A DNA stretch of 64,000 nucleotides from NCBI GenBank assembly GCA_043228905.1, contig JBHGNT010000007.1:10540001-10604000 (forward strand), given 5' to 3'. The notes below the pieces were generated by a model. It was given only the letters and a program-made list of their open reading frames with translations. It ran no database searches and was not told the origin of the DNA. This DNA comes from Azolla caroliniana. Lineage: Eukaryota > Plantae > Polypodiophyta. A program made the position numbers and the translations under genes. This document shows positions 39,877 through 50,500 of the stretch, piece by piece. The number at the start of each line of letters is the position of its first letter. The stretch's first letter is position 1.

Positions 39877-42800
39877 AGCGTGGGGGCAAACACGATGTCG
39901 ACGCTCCGCCACAACACATCCTGGAGCAATATTTCAGAGAATATTCCACATCTGCAAAGGCCCATCGCACACATAGAGGTTCCAATGAATTCTTCCGAAA
40001 TCTAGCCCATTTTCTTTTGGAGTTTGGATGTATCACCGCCAATCCATATAGCATAGGCAAGAAGAGGGCCGACTTAATCATCACGACATATCATGGTGGA
40101 GCTATCAATTGGGGTGTACTCACTAGGGAAGGAATTCGTGCTGTGATAGCCTCCTTCCAATCAGGTAAGTGTTTCCACCTAGTGTTGGCACAATATCTAG
40201 CCATACTTTACCCTCCCCAAACCACGGCCACACCCTGCCCAACTTTGGCCCTACTAGCTCCACCCACCAGGACAGAAAACCAAGAACCCTGCAGCTGCCA
40301 CAGGACGAATGGCAGGACAAAACACTGACCCGCAACCCGACCTCGCCTCGAACTGAGTCGCAGAACCGCGAGGCCCCCGACACCATTACCATTTGGGAGA
40401 ACAACAAACCTCAACCCTCCATGAGCCGTATCACGTCCCCACTGCCCGCACCCACTCCACACCTACAGCAGAAAACAGAAAACCAAAAAACCAGTAAGGG
40501 TACGGATCAATCCTCGGTGACCCAACAAAAGCGGGATCACAACTAACTTGTGACCCCAAAATTCAACCTTGCCAAGAAACACCGCCTACAACATCGTAGC
40601 AAGGAAGGACCAACCGCGGACTCCTCAGCTGAGGACCAACAACTGGTCATTGTACTAAAGAAGAAAGTCGCGGTCATCACAGATAAGCCCCTCACTCTAA
40701 CCGGTCAGATCTTACAAGGGCAACCACCACGGTTCTTAGAGGAGGAGGTAATGACCTTCAAGGACTTAGCTGCCGAATCACATGAGCTCGGGGCCATCTT
40801 ACAACACGGCACGACCTATGAACTCATTGATTTCCTTGCTCGCCAACAAGTAGCTGCCATGGCCCGCATGGCCCAAGAACACGCCGAACAACAGATGGTG
40901 GAATAGGTGTTGGCCAACAAAATGTAATCTAACAACGAGCCCAAGTTACAAAAAATAGGGTTGTTATCCTTTAGGTTGGACAAGCCCTAACACATGGTGT
41001 GTCCCTATGGAACACTTCACCAAAGGGTGGTATGGTGAGATATGGATCGACCGTGGTATCAAATGGGTCTTAACTGGTTACTAACTGGCACTGTTAATGA
41101 TCGTAACACACGCGTAAGATTAATTATATTAAGCACAAGACGGTAACCAAATAGACACTAAACAATACGTAAAACATCAGCGCTTCTATTAATTATCTGT
41201 CCCTAATTACATTCTTGTCGGGTCCTTTTATAGGTCTCCGACTGAGTTACAAACCGATGCCAACCAGCAACCGGCAACGATCCGGTCCGGATCCGAATCG
41301 GCATACCGATTTTGGGTTCGTCCGCCCGCTTCTCAAAATAACATAATACTTATTAATTATAACTCACTATCCCTAATTAAATACCCCTTTCACACTTTGG
41401 ATTCTAACCGGCCCTTTGGCCTTGCCGGCCAACACATGGCACGTCCGTGGGACAGTACATTGTACGTCGAACCCATGGTTAGCCATTTTCAATCGTTCAT
41501 CAAAATGTCTAGAATGCTTTGGTCCAAGGGTTCTAGAGGTTCTTTGAGTAGTTGCTCCGTTTGTTGTGGTTGTTGTTGTTGTTGTTGCTCTCCAGCTTGT
41601 TCCTCCTTTCCGGCTCCAGACCCTTCTAGGATTCCGTCTCCAGCTCATCTATTCTGGGCTCCTCCTGCTTCCTGTCGTCTGGCTTGCACTAGCTCTTATA
41701 GGTTGGCTACCTTCGGCTACTCCACTTGAGCTACATTTGGCTGGCTCCCATCGGTTTCGGCTGCGTTCGGCGTCTGCTCCGCAGATTGCTCTTTGTGCGC
41801 TGAGTGCTTTGTGTTCACAAAATGAGAGAGACTCTGCGAGGTGGAGGTTTCATGTTCCCATGCTTGGTGCCTTTCTTGATTCCCGTGCATGCACGTCGTG
41901 TACTATAATAGCAACTGTGTGACACGTGGTGCGCTTTAACTAGGCTTTAAATAGCCATTGCACGCCTTTTCGAGGTGTCCGTTCGTTCCTCGCCTCTACA
42001 TGATGATTTTTTTTTTGTCCCTATGGAACACTTCACCAAAGGGTGGTACGGTGAGATATGGATGGACCGTGGTATCAAAAGGGTCTTAACCGGTTACTAA
42101 CTGACACTGTTAATGATCGTAACACACGCGTAATATTAATTATATTAAGCACAGGACGGTAACCAAATAGACACTAAACAATACGTAAAACATCAGCGCT
42201 TCTATTAATTATCCGTCCCTGATTACATTCTTGCCGGGTCCTTTTATAGGTCTCCGACTAAGTTACAAACCGGTGCCAACCGGCAACCGGCAACGATCTA
42301 GTCCGGATCTGAATCGGCATACCGATTCTGGGTCCGTCCGCCCGCTTCTCAAAATAACATAATACTTATTAATTATAACTCACTATCCCTAATTAAATAC
42401 CCCTTTCACACTCCAAACTCTGACCGGCCCTTTGGCCTTGCCAGCCAACAAGGACGGAAGGGAGCCACAAAGAAATGCCACACACGCATCGAGCTACCCG
42501 AACTCAACACGACGCTCGTTGAGGTTTACCGCAAGTTGGCGAGGGCAACACGCGCGGCCAAAGATATGGTTGTTAGTAGCAAAGAAGCATGGATGCAAGC
42601 CAAGACCACCATCGAATTGTGGCAAGCATCGGAACACCGATTGGCCGCACTAGAGGCATGGCTCTAGACAAACGCCGAGTCCACTTTGCTCGGCTTGCCC
42701 CCCTCCCACCTCCAACCCACACGAAGCATCGACCCAAATGGAACTACCAAGTTGCGTCAAGCTGGTCAATATATCCACCCAAACAGAACCACCCAGCCCC

Positions 42801-43935
42801 TACGAGATGCACGATGAAAGAACCCAAACCGAGGGCGATCATAACATGGCTCCTTTCGAAATGCTATCTGCAGATATAAGGAAGAACTTATCATTCAAAC
42901 AGCCATCGTGGACAAAGCTAAGGAACGTTAGGAAACAGCCAAAGTCGGCGGAGTCGAAATAAAGGAGCAAGCAACAAAAAGGGAAGTCGAGCTACAAAAA
43001 CTGTTCCACGACCAGACGACCAAGTTCCAAGAGAGAGAAAACAACGCCGCAACCGCCCTCATGACTACACAAGATATAGTGGCCGCACAAATAGCATCTC
43101 TAAACATGGAGCTCGTGGAATTACAAGAGCACTCCAGTTAGTTCCTGCAAAAATTGGACCAAACCAAGCAGGAGCAATGCCAACTGGCGGACTCCCTTCA
43201 TGAACATAAAATGAACTCAGAGTTGGAACTCGAAAGGAAATGTGAGAAGTATTTGAAGGAATCAGCCGACAACACGAATCGTCTCCTCCATCAGTTCGAC
43301 CAATTAACGGACGAGATAGAGGCAAGGATCGCCACCCTCAACATGTCGTGCGAGATCATCAAAGTCAAACTGCAGCGTGAGGCGGAAGAAACTAAAAGAG
43401 AAACGATCACCCTCCAAGCCAAATACGACATGCATGAGGAACAAATCCACACCTTGGTGGTCAAACAACGACAGAAGCTCAACCGGAAGGTCGAAGAAAC
43501 TCTCACTAGCGGCTGGAAGGAATGATCGGCTCAAGCAGCTGAACTCCCGGTTTACGGGCTGACGCCGAAAACCGGAAGAAAGAAGGTCGTGTGTTCTATA
43601 AAATGGTTCAAGAACACCTCACTGAGGATTTCCAAGCCTTGGCAAAAATGCACACCACAACAATCGAAAGCCTCCTTGAGGAATTCAACGACGACCAATT
43701 GTTGTTGATGCTTGAAACCGAACGGGCCTTCATGGAAATGGCACGACAACCAGACCACGAAGAGGAAGCCCCCACCCCACCAGCAACGAGGATAGATATC
43801 GACCATGAGCCTGATTTCTCGGCCGAGCAGACCCCACAGAATGAGCTGGAACCTGTTATCTTGACGGCTACGACAGAGGAAACAATCGTGCACCCAACCT
43901 CCGAAGGCATCATCAACATTTTGACCGAGGAATGA
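39877..43935 (+). pseudogene. Element X accessory ORF (conserved N-terminal block, long coiled-coil, acidic tail), split by Y
   Basis: Frames ~39877-40907 and 42451-43935. E/K/Q/L-rich heptad-like segment at 43154-43525. Ends EGIINILTEE* (43935). Confidence 0.7.
40908..42450 (-). mobile_element. Small internally deleted LTR element Y, a relative of X
   Basis: Direct repeats 40908-41434 and 42016-42450; the second lacks ~92 bp. TGTTGG...CCAACA termini. TATA (CTATAAAAG...TGTAA) is on the minus strand. The internal minus-strand ORF remnant ends QSILDILMND* (stop 41489-41491). Only AGG is shared by the flanks. Confidence 0.85.
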
Positions 43936-44019
43936 GTGTACCATAAAAATTTTGCGAATCTCTTTTTTGTATTATGGTGGGTTCAACGTGCGAAGGCATT
44001 GTCCCACGGGCGTGCCAGG

Positions 44020-44559
44020 TGTTGTCCGTGGGAAATATTGGTAATTTGGGTATGAAACAAATTTGGATGTAGGTGAAGTAAGCAACCGTAATAGGGAAGG
44101 TAGCGAAGATAATGCAGCCGTGAAACATGGAACCAAAACGAGTAAAGATTGAAGCACGCCAAGTAGGAAAGCAAACTATAAAACATGAAGCAAAAATGTA
44201 ACAGAGGAGGAAGACAAAAGAGAGAAGAGTAGGCCCTAGTTAGAATAGAGTACTCAAGAAGTACGTAGAATATCTACTCATACTTTCTGTTGTAATTTTA
44301 GGTCGTGCACCGTGTAATCATTGTTCTGTATTACGTAATTAACATCTAGTTTTGGGTCAAATCTGGTTTGTGTCTTAAGTGCATTTCTAGATAATAACTT
44401 CTCGGATTACAATTGGGTTTATACGGCTAACTAATCGTTTCTGGGTAGAATCGGATTGCCAAGCAATCCATCTCTCACCCTGACCTCCACCACGTACCAC
44501 AGTCCCCTGATCCGATTACCATAGGAGTAATCGAAGGTGTTGCTTCCAAGGAGGCAACA
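44020..44559 (+). mobile_element. 3' LTR of element X
   Basis: TGTTG...CAACA termini; CTATAAAA at ~44176 followed by TGTAA and a GA-rich tract on the + strand. Confidence 0.85.
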
Positions 44560-46102
44560 CCGGCGTTCTTAGGTCACGAAACCACTCTTGCTGTGACATC
44601 ATATGATGTGAGGCACTGGAGTCGACCAACCACATGTCTTTTAAGTTGGAAGTGCTTGTGGAGTCAGAGGCCGTCATAGAGTTCGCTTTATGTCTCATTA
44701 TGAATTGTTCACCATAGTTGTCGTATTTGGAGTTGGTGGCGTAGTTTGTGAGTTGTCGGCTTGGCGAAGCCGACTCACTTCTCTTCTCAGTGGTCGATTT
44801 TGCCGCAATAGTTGCAAGTGGCGGGCCTTGTTTTCCGACCTTGTTGGGCATGGAAACTCCCCCTTCTTCCGAAGGTTCCTCAATGGCTTCCGTCTTCTTG
44901 TCGAAGATTTGAGTTCCCTTCGTGAGATCGGTTGAATCGACCTCTCCTACCGCCTTGACCTCTTCCTCGGCCACCATCCGAATTAGAGAACATTTGTCCT
45001 TCCGACATCTTGGTCTTGGTTCGTACGTGGTTCTCTTCGACCAATAACATTGATTGGAGGTTGAAGAACGAAGGAGGGTTTTCCCTTGCTAAGATAGCCA
45101 TCCTTATCGGGTTAAACCGATGTGCGAGGCCGCCCAAGCATACTTGAACCATCTCGTCTTCGTCGACGTTTACGTTGATGGAGCCAAGCGAGTCATAAAT
45201 GCTCTTGATCTTGGCGGTGTAGTCCGACACAAGCATATCTTTTTCTTGTATGTTGTTCAACTCTTGCCAGAGTTGAAGCTTGGCGGCGGCGAAAAATTTC
45301 TTTAAGTTCGCCCACGCTTCTTTAGGCATCTTGGTGTCTCGAATGTGGCTAAGCATGTGGTCATGTACACATGTTGCCAAGCAATACATTACCCGACTCC
45401 CAAGATGAATAATTGGTTTGGTCTAGCTTTTCACTAGGGAGCGAGCTACCCATTTGGGTGTTTATGTTGATGTAGTTTCTTCCTTGGCTTTCTTTCTTTA
45501 GTCACATATATTGCTACATAGTGGCACTACGATAGCAGATAGCCGGATTTGTCGTTGACGTCTCGAACACACAATCACGAAGAGCCAGTTGGGTTTAGTG
45601 GATGTGTTAAACCACACGCTCTGATACCATGTTAATAATTAGGTAATTAACTAAGGGTTAATTAGTATCTAATTATGTGAGTAGTTAAACACGCAGGTGA
45701 TTAGGCCGCCGAAGATTATATGATATGTGTATGTGTGTGAGAGAAAGAGAGAGAGGAAGTTACACTTATGAACAATAAGATAAATGGGGGATGATTAACA
45801 AGAGTGTAGCTAGATAACCTTTCTCTATATTAATAAGCATCATCAAATACAAAAATACCCACAATGACATATATATACATCTCATGTGCAAAGGTGCACA
45901 TGTGTGAGTAGAATATAGGTACAAATGTGTAAGTCCTATATTAAATGAACATGTGAGTGGAGGATCTCGAATGTATCTCACTCAAGTACAAAATCCTATT
46001 TAAGGCTTTAAGGTCAATACACTAACTAGATTCTATCTAGGTAACTACTAAGTTACCTGGTTAACTAAATGGCTAAACTAAGTTATGCTTGATATCTCAA
46101 CA
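44560..46102 (-). mobile_element. 5' part of copia C4 (LTR 45630-46102, iMet PBS, gag/protease remnant)
   Basis: PBS is the rc of gctctgatacca ending 45629. Gag DEDEMVQVCLGGL...FFNLQSMLLVEE, protease WLVDSSASHHM. Cut at 44560 by the X LTR. Confidence 0.88.
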
Positions 46103-46119
46103 AAAACCTTAAATAACAC

Positions 46120-47279
46120 TAGGGATCGGCAACAGTTCGGTTTAGGCTTAACCGGTTTGGCCTTGTCCAAGCCAAACCGGTTAAGCCTAAACTGTTTTGG
46201 GGTTCTCAAACCTGAACCAAACCAAACTAAACCGATCCCTAAACTGGTTTGTGAACCGGTTTGGGAACCTCACCATTATTTTTCTTCCCCTCAACCTCTA
46301 ACAACATCATCATCAGCATCACCACCACCATCAGCATCTCAGATACAAATATATGATGGCTATGGAGACATGCATGCCAATTTCCTTGCTTCTACAAGAC
46401 ACCTTGCTTGCTAACACATGGACATGGCTTGCCCTAGGCCTTGCCACCATAGCCATCTTAATCCGAGCTTTCTTCACTCGGCCTAGTCTCTATGAACCTC
46501 TCTCTTCCTCCCTACTCTCCTCCCACAAATCAATCTAATATGTTAGGTGAGGAAAATGAATCCACTGTAGCATATAAAAAAATGGAAGCCATAAAAAGTA
46601 AGGAAAATGATTGTATTAAAGAAGAAGAAGAAGAAGAAGAAGAAGAAAAAGTGGGTGTTTGCTTTGAGAAGCAATTTGGGTGGGATAAATTGCTGGAAAC
46701 TAAGCTTGGCATGTCATGGGCATGCCACATAGACCCAATTTTTGGCCAAATAAATTTGCGGGAAATATCAATGGCTACTATCGAAGAAGATCATCATGGG
46801 AAGAGATCAACGATCATCATCAAAGAACCTAAAGTTTGGGAGTGGCAAAGAGGATCAGTGAATCAGTGATTAAAACAATGTCGCTAATTGCATAAAAGCG
46901 TCTAAGCTACAAGACTGAGGCAGTCCTGCTCGTCATTGTCCATTGCGTAGTATACAAGCTCCCTCCCTCTCTCTCTCACGTCTATGTAGTCTTTGATTCA
47001 ACGATCATAGGCTACAGGAAGTCCGGCTCGTCGTCATCCACTATGTAGCATACATGCTCCCTCCCTCTCTCTCTCACGTCTGTGTAGTCTCTAATTCAAC
47101 AATCATTGCCTATGGTTGTGGCTTCCTCTTAGTGAGTCTATCTCTCTCTCTCTCTCTCAAGTTTCTAACAAATTTCTAACTTTTAAGTTTTTCTCTAACC
47201 AAACTAGTCAATCACATAAACGGCTTAACCGGTTTGGGCCAGTTTGGCAAGGCTCAAGCCAAGCCGTTGCCAATCCCTA
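46120..47279. mobile_element. Non-autonomous hAT-like TIR element carrying a gene-like fragment
   Basis: 14-bp TIRs TAGGGAT(C/T)GGCAAC (46120-46133, 47266-47279), Ac-like. Subterminal aaaccg/cggttt repeats. Internal ~98-bp duplication (46935-47105). No 8-bp TSD visible. Confidence 0.7.
46353..46869 (+). pseudogene. Frameshifted host-gene-like fragment (transmembrane segment, poly-Glu, Trp-rich motif)
   Basis: LLANTWTWLALGLATIAILIRAF hydrophobic stretch, then a frame change, then EEEEEEEEE and FGWDKLLETKLGMSW. Product not identified. Confidence 0.4.
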
Positions 47280-47554
47280 GATATATAAGCTTATCTTGCA
47301 CTCGTTCAAAAGGTGGGAGAATATAGAGGTAACTAGTATGTGATCTTCCCTTTATCCAAGAACCTAAGCATACAAAAAAATGTTTTAAAAAGAACTTGCA
47401 CAATGTCACAAAACACTATGCTTGATTGAATTTGTAGTCAAACGCATCTATATCCATACCACAACCTTTATGGGTAAAGTCATAGATTGCATAAAGAATT
47501 CAAAGAGTTAAACCAATGTTTTACATTTTCGTTCAGGAACAGAATAATGAAACA

Positions 47555-47735
47555 AATTATCCAGAAATAATGAAGAAAATCCCTTATAACAATCTTTGGA
47601 AAATGATGAAACAAATTAGGGCTGTGTAATCACTCAAAAGAAGAGTATTATCCAGAACAATGAAGAAAAATACCTAAACCCTAAACAATCTTTGGAAAAT
47701 GATGAGACAAATTAGGGGTGTGTAATCACTCAAAA
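47555..47735. repeat. Tandem duplication, ~95 bp unit
   Basis: ttatccagaa...aacaatctttggaaaatgatga.acaaattaggg.tgtgtaatcactcaaaa occurs twice. Confidence 0.7.
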
Positions 47736-49538
47736 AATTAAAATAGCATGTCAATAAAGAGATTTCCAATGCATTTTTAAGGACAATACTGGAATAGGAC
47801 TATAGAGGCATTTTCTTATACCCTTACTATAAGTAAATCATAGGGTTTTCTCTGCACATACTATAGGGGTGATGTCGAAACATGTGTGAAACATGATCAT
47901 TTGAACTTTGCGATCCAAAAGCCACAGTAATCAAAACACACTGAAATACCGATCACCAAATATAAAGGCCAACAACCTGCTGACCATATCCGCTAACTTT
48001 TAAATACATTGTTATAGATACCCCATTGAACCAAAGAGTAAGATATCCCTAGAGTGCTTGTTTCCTTCTGTAAGCATGATCTGCAAATATACATTCAGTA
48101 ACAATTTATGTGAATGATGCCTGCTCTTGGAAAAATGAAAGCATTGATCATTTGTATGTGTGTTATACACTTTCTTTGTACTAGTAAGTATAGGGAAGCA
48201 AATTTTCAAATATTAATTGTAATGTGATAGTAAAAAGAAATACAAAAGAAAGGTTTTCATTGCATCAATAGGGATAGATGCACAAGACCATACTCTATTA
48301 TGATTTTTATGATGATAATAAGGCCACTTTATATGGTTGCTTTAGAAAGCATCTACAAGTATATTTAATATACAGTCCTGTCTTACCAATAAAATGAAAG
48401 AGCCAACAAGTGTAAATGTTAGGTCATGGACATAGATAAAGCCACTGTGAAACATTGGCGTTGGATAATCTAGTTCCAGTGCAAGATCAAGGATAGACCA
48501 TATACTAATTCAGGAGACAAAAAGTGCCTAAGCAAATTTTCAACAAGTTCTTATATTCTCTGAAATAAAGTAAGGTCTAAAGTTCAACACCCAGGGATAT
48601 GTACCAATACAAGAAAATAATAAACAATGAGTAAGAGATGGGCTTCCGTGGCAATCCGTAATTAGAGCCAATGATGTTATCAGGATTTTTAAGGCCAATG
48701 AGCTCAGTGAAGATTAACATAAGGTTTAAAACCCACTTCTGGATAGAACCAACATCACCCTGTTTTCCTTCACAAGGATGAGAGAAGACAGAACTCCCTC
48801 CTTACTACTTGCCCCTTGATGTAAAGACAATGATCTCACCTCTCAAATGTTAGAGAGTATAGCATGCAATCATGGCCATCACATTCACTGCATCCTGGCC
48901 TGAACATGAGGTCTCGCTTCTTGAATATCAACAGAGTATCTGCTCTCTATTTTTTGGAAGAGTAGTTATGCATACATAGGAACCATATGTTGTGTGTGAA
49001 CATAATACATACTTAGGGAACTTCTCCTCCCTTGCAATCATTTCAATCACTTATTGATACTCTCTCCTCCCATTTAATATAATGATCACCTGAAGTAATT
49101 GATCTATCTATCTTACAATATTGTTACTGGTACAATACATCTTCCACGCAAACAATAAGGCTTCTAACTCAAACCACCACAGCGATGAATCTAAACGACA
49201 ATCATTGAAAAGTTTTTCTTCTTGTTTTTCTATGATTGAAACATTGTATCCTTCAACGTTGCATAAAAAACAATCAAAAGTGAAAAACATAATCTCAATC
49301 TATAACAGATAAGAGCAAAAAAACAAATGCTATAGAGATTTATTTTTTCTATTTAGTCACAATCCGAATCAACATTACTCGATAATAAGCAAGACAAATA
49401 TAGTAAGGCTAAAGTTATGAACACTTTGGAAACTATGCAAGAAAATGGTTTGCTATTATATTGAAGAAAAAGAAAATTACCCGCTTGTTTACAAATTGGG
49501 CCATTTATTTAACAATTACAGGAACGATGATCAGAGCT

Positions 49539-50000
49539 TCATTCTTTCAGTCCATCGCTATTATCATGAGATTCAGAGTGATATTTTCCTTTTTCTTCTT
49601 TGTTACTGTTATAGGCATGTCGATGATCGTGATCATGATCATGCTGTAGATGTCGATGATCAGGGTGATGATGATGACCATCTTGATCATGGTCTATTTC
49701 TTCATCACTATCATCTTCATCAAAGGACTTATTCTTATGGAAGATACAGCATTTCTTGGAACTTTTCTTGTTCAAGAACTCGTTGTCGATAGTACCTGTT
49801 TGCCATGTGACCTTCTTCTTCCTGCGGGGTGCAAGGCGCAGAGAGAGCACTCGAGAAGAAGAAGAAGAGGAGGAGGAGGAGGAGGAGGAGGAGGAGACTG
49901 TGCTGTTGTTGTTGGTCTGTGGAGATGTGGATGACGACGGAGCCTCGATTGTCAGAGTCAAAGATCCGGTATGCGCAGATCTCTCTGAAGTTTGAGCCAT
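49539..50000 (-). CDS. INH3: Protein phosphatase 1 inhibitor-3 (Ypi1/PPP1R11 family), 153 aa
   Basis: RVxF-type docking motif KKKVTW followed by [19 protein letters not shown], the Inhibitor-3 signature. Poly-Ser tract and His/Asp-rich tail. Uninterrupted CDS. Confidence 0.95.
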   Translation of the reverse strand: MAQTSERSAHTGSLTLTIEAPSSSTSPQTNNNSTVSSSSSSSSSSSSSSRVLSLRLAPRRKKKVTWQTGTIDNEFLNKKSSKKCCIFHKNKSFDEDDSDEEIDHDQDGHHHHPDHRHLQHDHDHDHRHAYNSNKEEKGKYHSESHDNSDGLKE

Positions 50001-50015
50001 TTGTGTGCGTAAAAT

Positions 50016-50059
50016 TAGGGTTTGTCAGAGCTTCAAAATTAAACCAGTAATTAGGGTTT
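50016..50059 (-). promoter_or_regulatory. Two telo-boxes (AAACCCTA) just upstream of the INH3 ATG
   Basis: TAGGGTTT at 50016-50023 and 50052-50059, next to a GA/CT-rich tract typical of plant 5' UTRs. Confidence 0.55.
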
Positions 50060-50219
50060 TCAACATGAGAAGAAACACAGAGAGAGGGGGGGGTGAGAGA
50101 GCGTACGTGTGTTAGTCCAAACGTTTGAGTTCTTTGTGCGTTGGTCTGTTTTGTAAAGAAAAGCGTTGCTTGTCTTGTGTTGCGGAGTTGCGGAGGTAGA
50201 AACACACACACACACGGTA

Positions 50220-50500
50220 TACGGATCGGCACCAGCTCGGCTCAAGCCTAAACCGTTTGGCTAAAGCGGTTTTAAATGGTTTAGCGGTTCGGCTCGGTTC
50301 GACAAGCCTAAACGGTTTGTGCTCGGCTCGGCTTGGCTTGAGCCTTGCGAAACCGGTTAAGCTATTTATGGGATTTAATTAGGTTAGATAATAGAGACTA
50401 GAGTGACGACTCACAAGTTTACCGTCTCCACACAGACGTGAGAGAGAGGGAGGGAGGGAGAAGGGATGACGACGACCTCCTCCTGCCTGCAGCCTACATA
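50220..50500. mobile_element. Partial second copy of the hAT-like element (one end)
   Basis: Degenerate TIR tacggatcggcacc. Both ggcttggcttgagccttg and cacagacgtgagagagagggagggag match the reverse complement of 47000-47279. Confidence 0.65.

Larger units (their letters stand above)
22914..44559 (+). mobile_element. Gypsy-type LTR element X (tRNA-Arg PBS); pol deleted; hosts many nested insertions
   Basis: The 5' LTR remnant 22914-23013 matches the last ~100 bp of the LTR at 44020-44559. PBS TGGCACGCCCAGT at 23019-23031. Retrotrans_gag-like frames ~23450-23843 and 29168-29475, with zinc knuckle CMTCAKSNHWAIDC. Accessory ORF 39877-43935. That both ends belong to one insertion is inferred, because the 5' flank and TSD are lost. 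Confidence 0.7.

Noticed and set aside
41437-41453. Ordinary PBS of a + strand TRIM
   Set aside because: This was my first reading, but the TATA orientation and the ORF C-terminus homologous to X put Y on the minus strand, placing the site at the PPT position. It remains the main alternative to test.
47279-50220. INH3 captured between two hAT ends
   Set aside because: The two ends face away from the gene, so they do not enclose it as one element.
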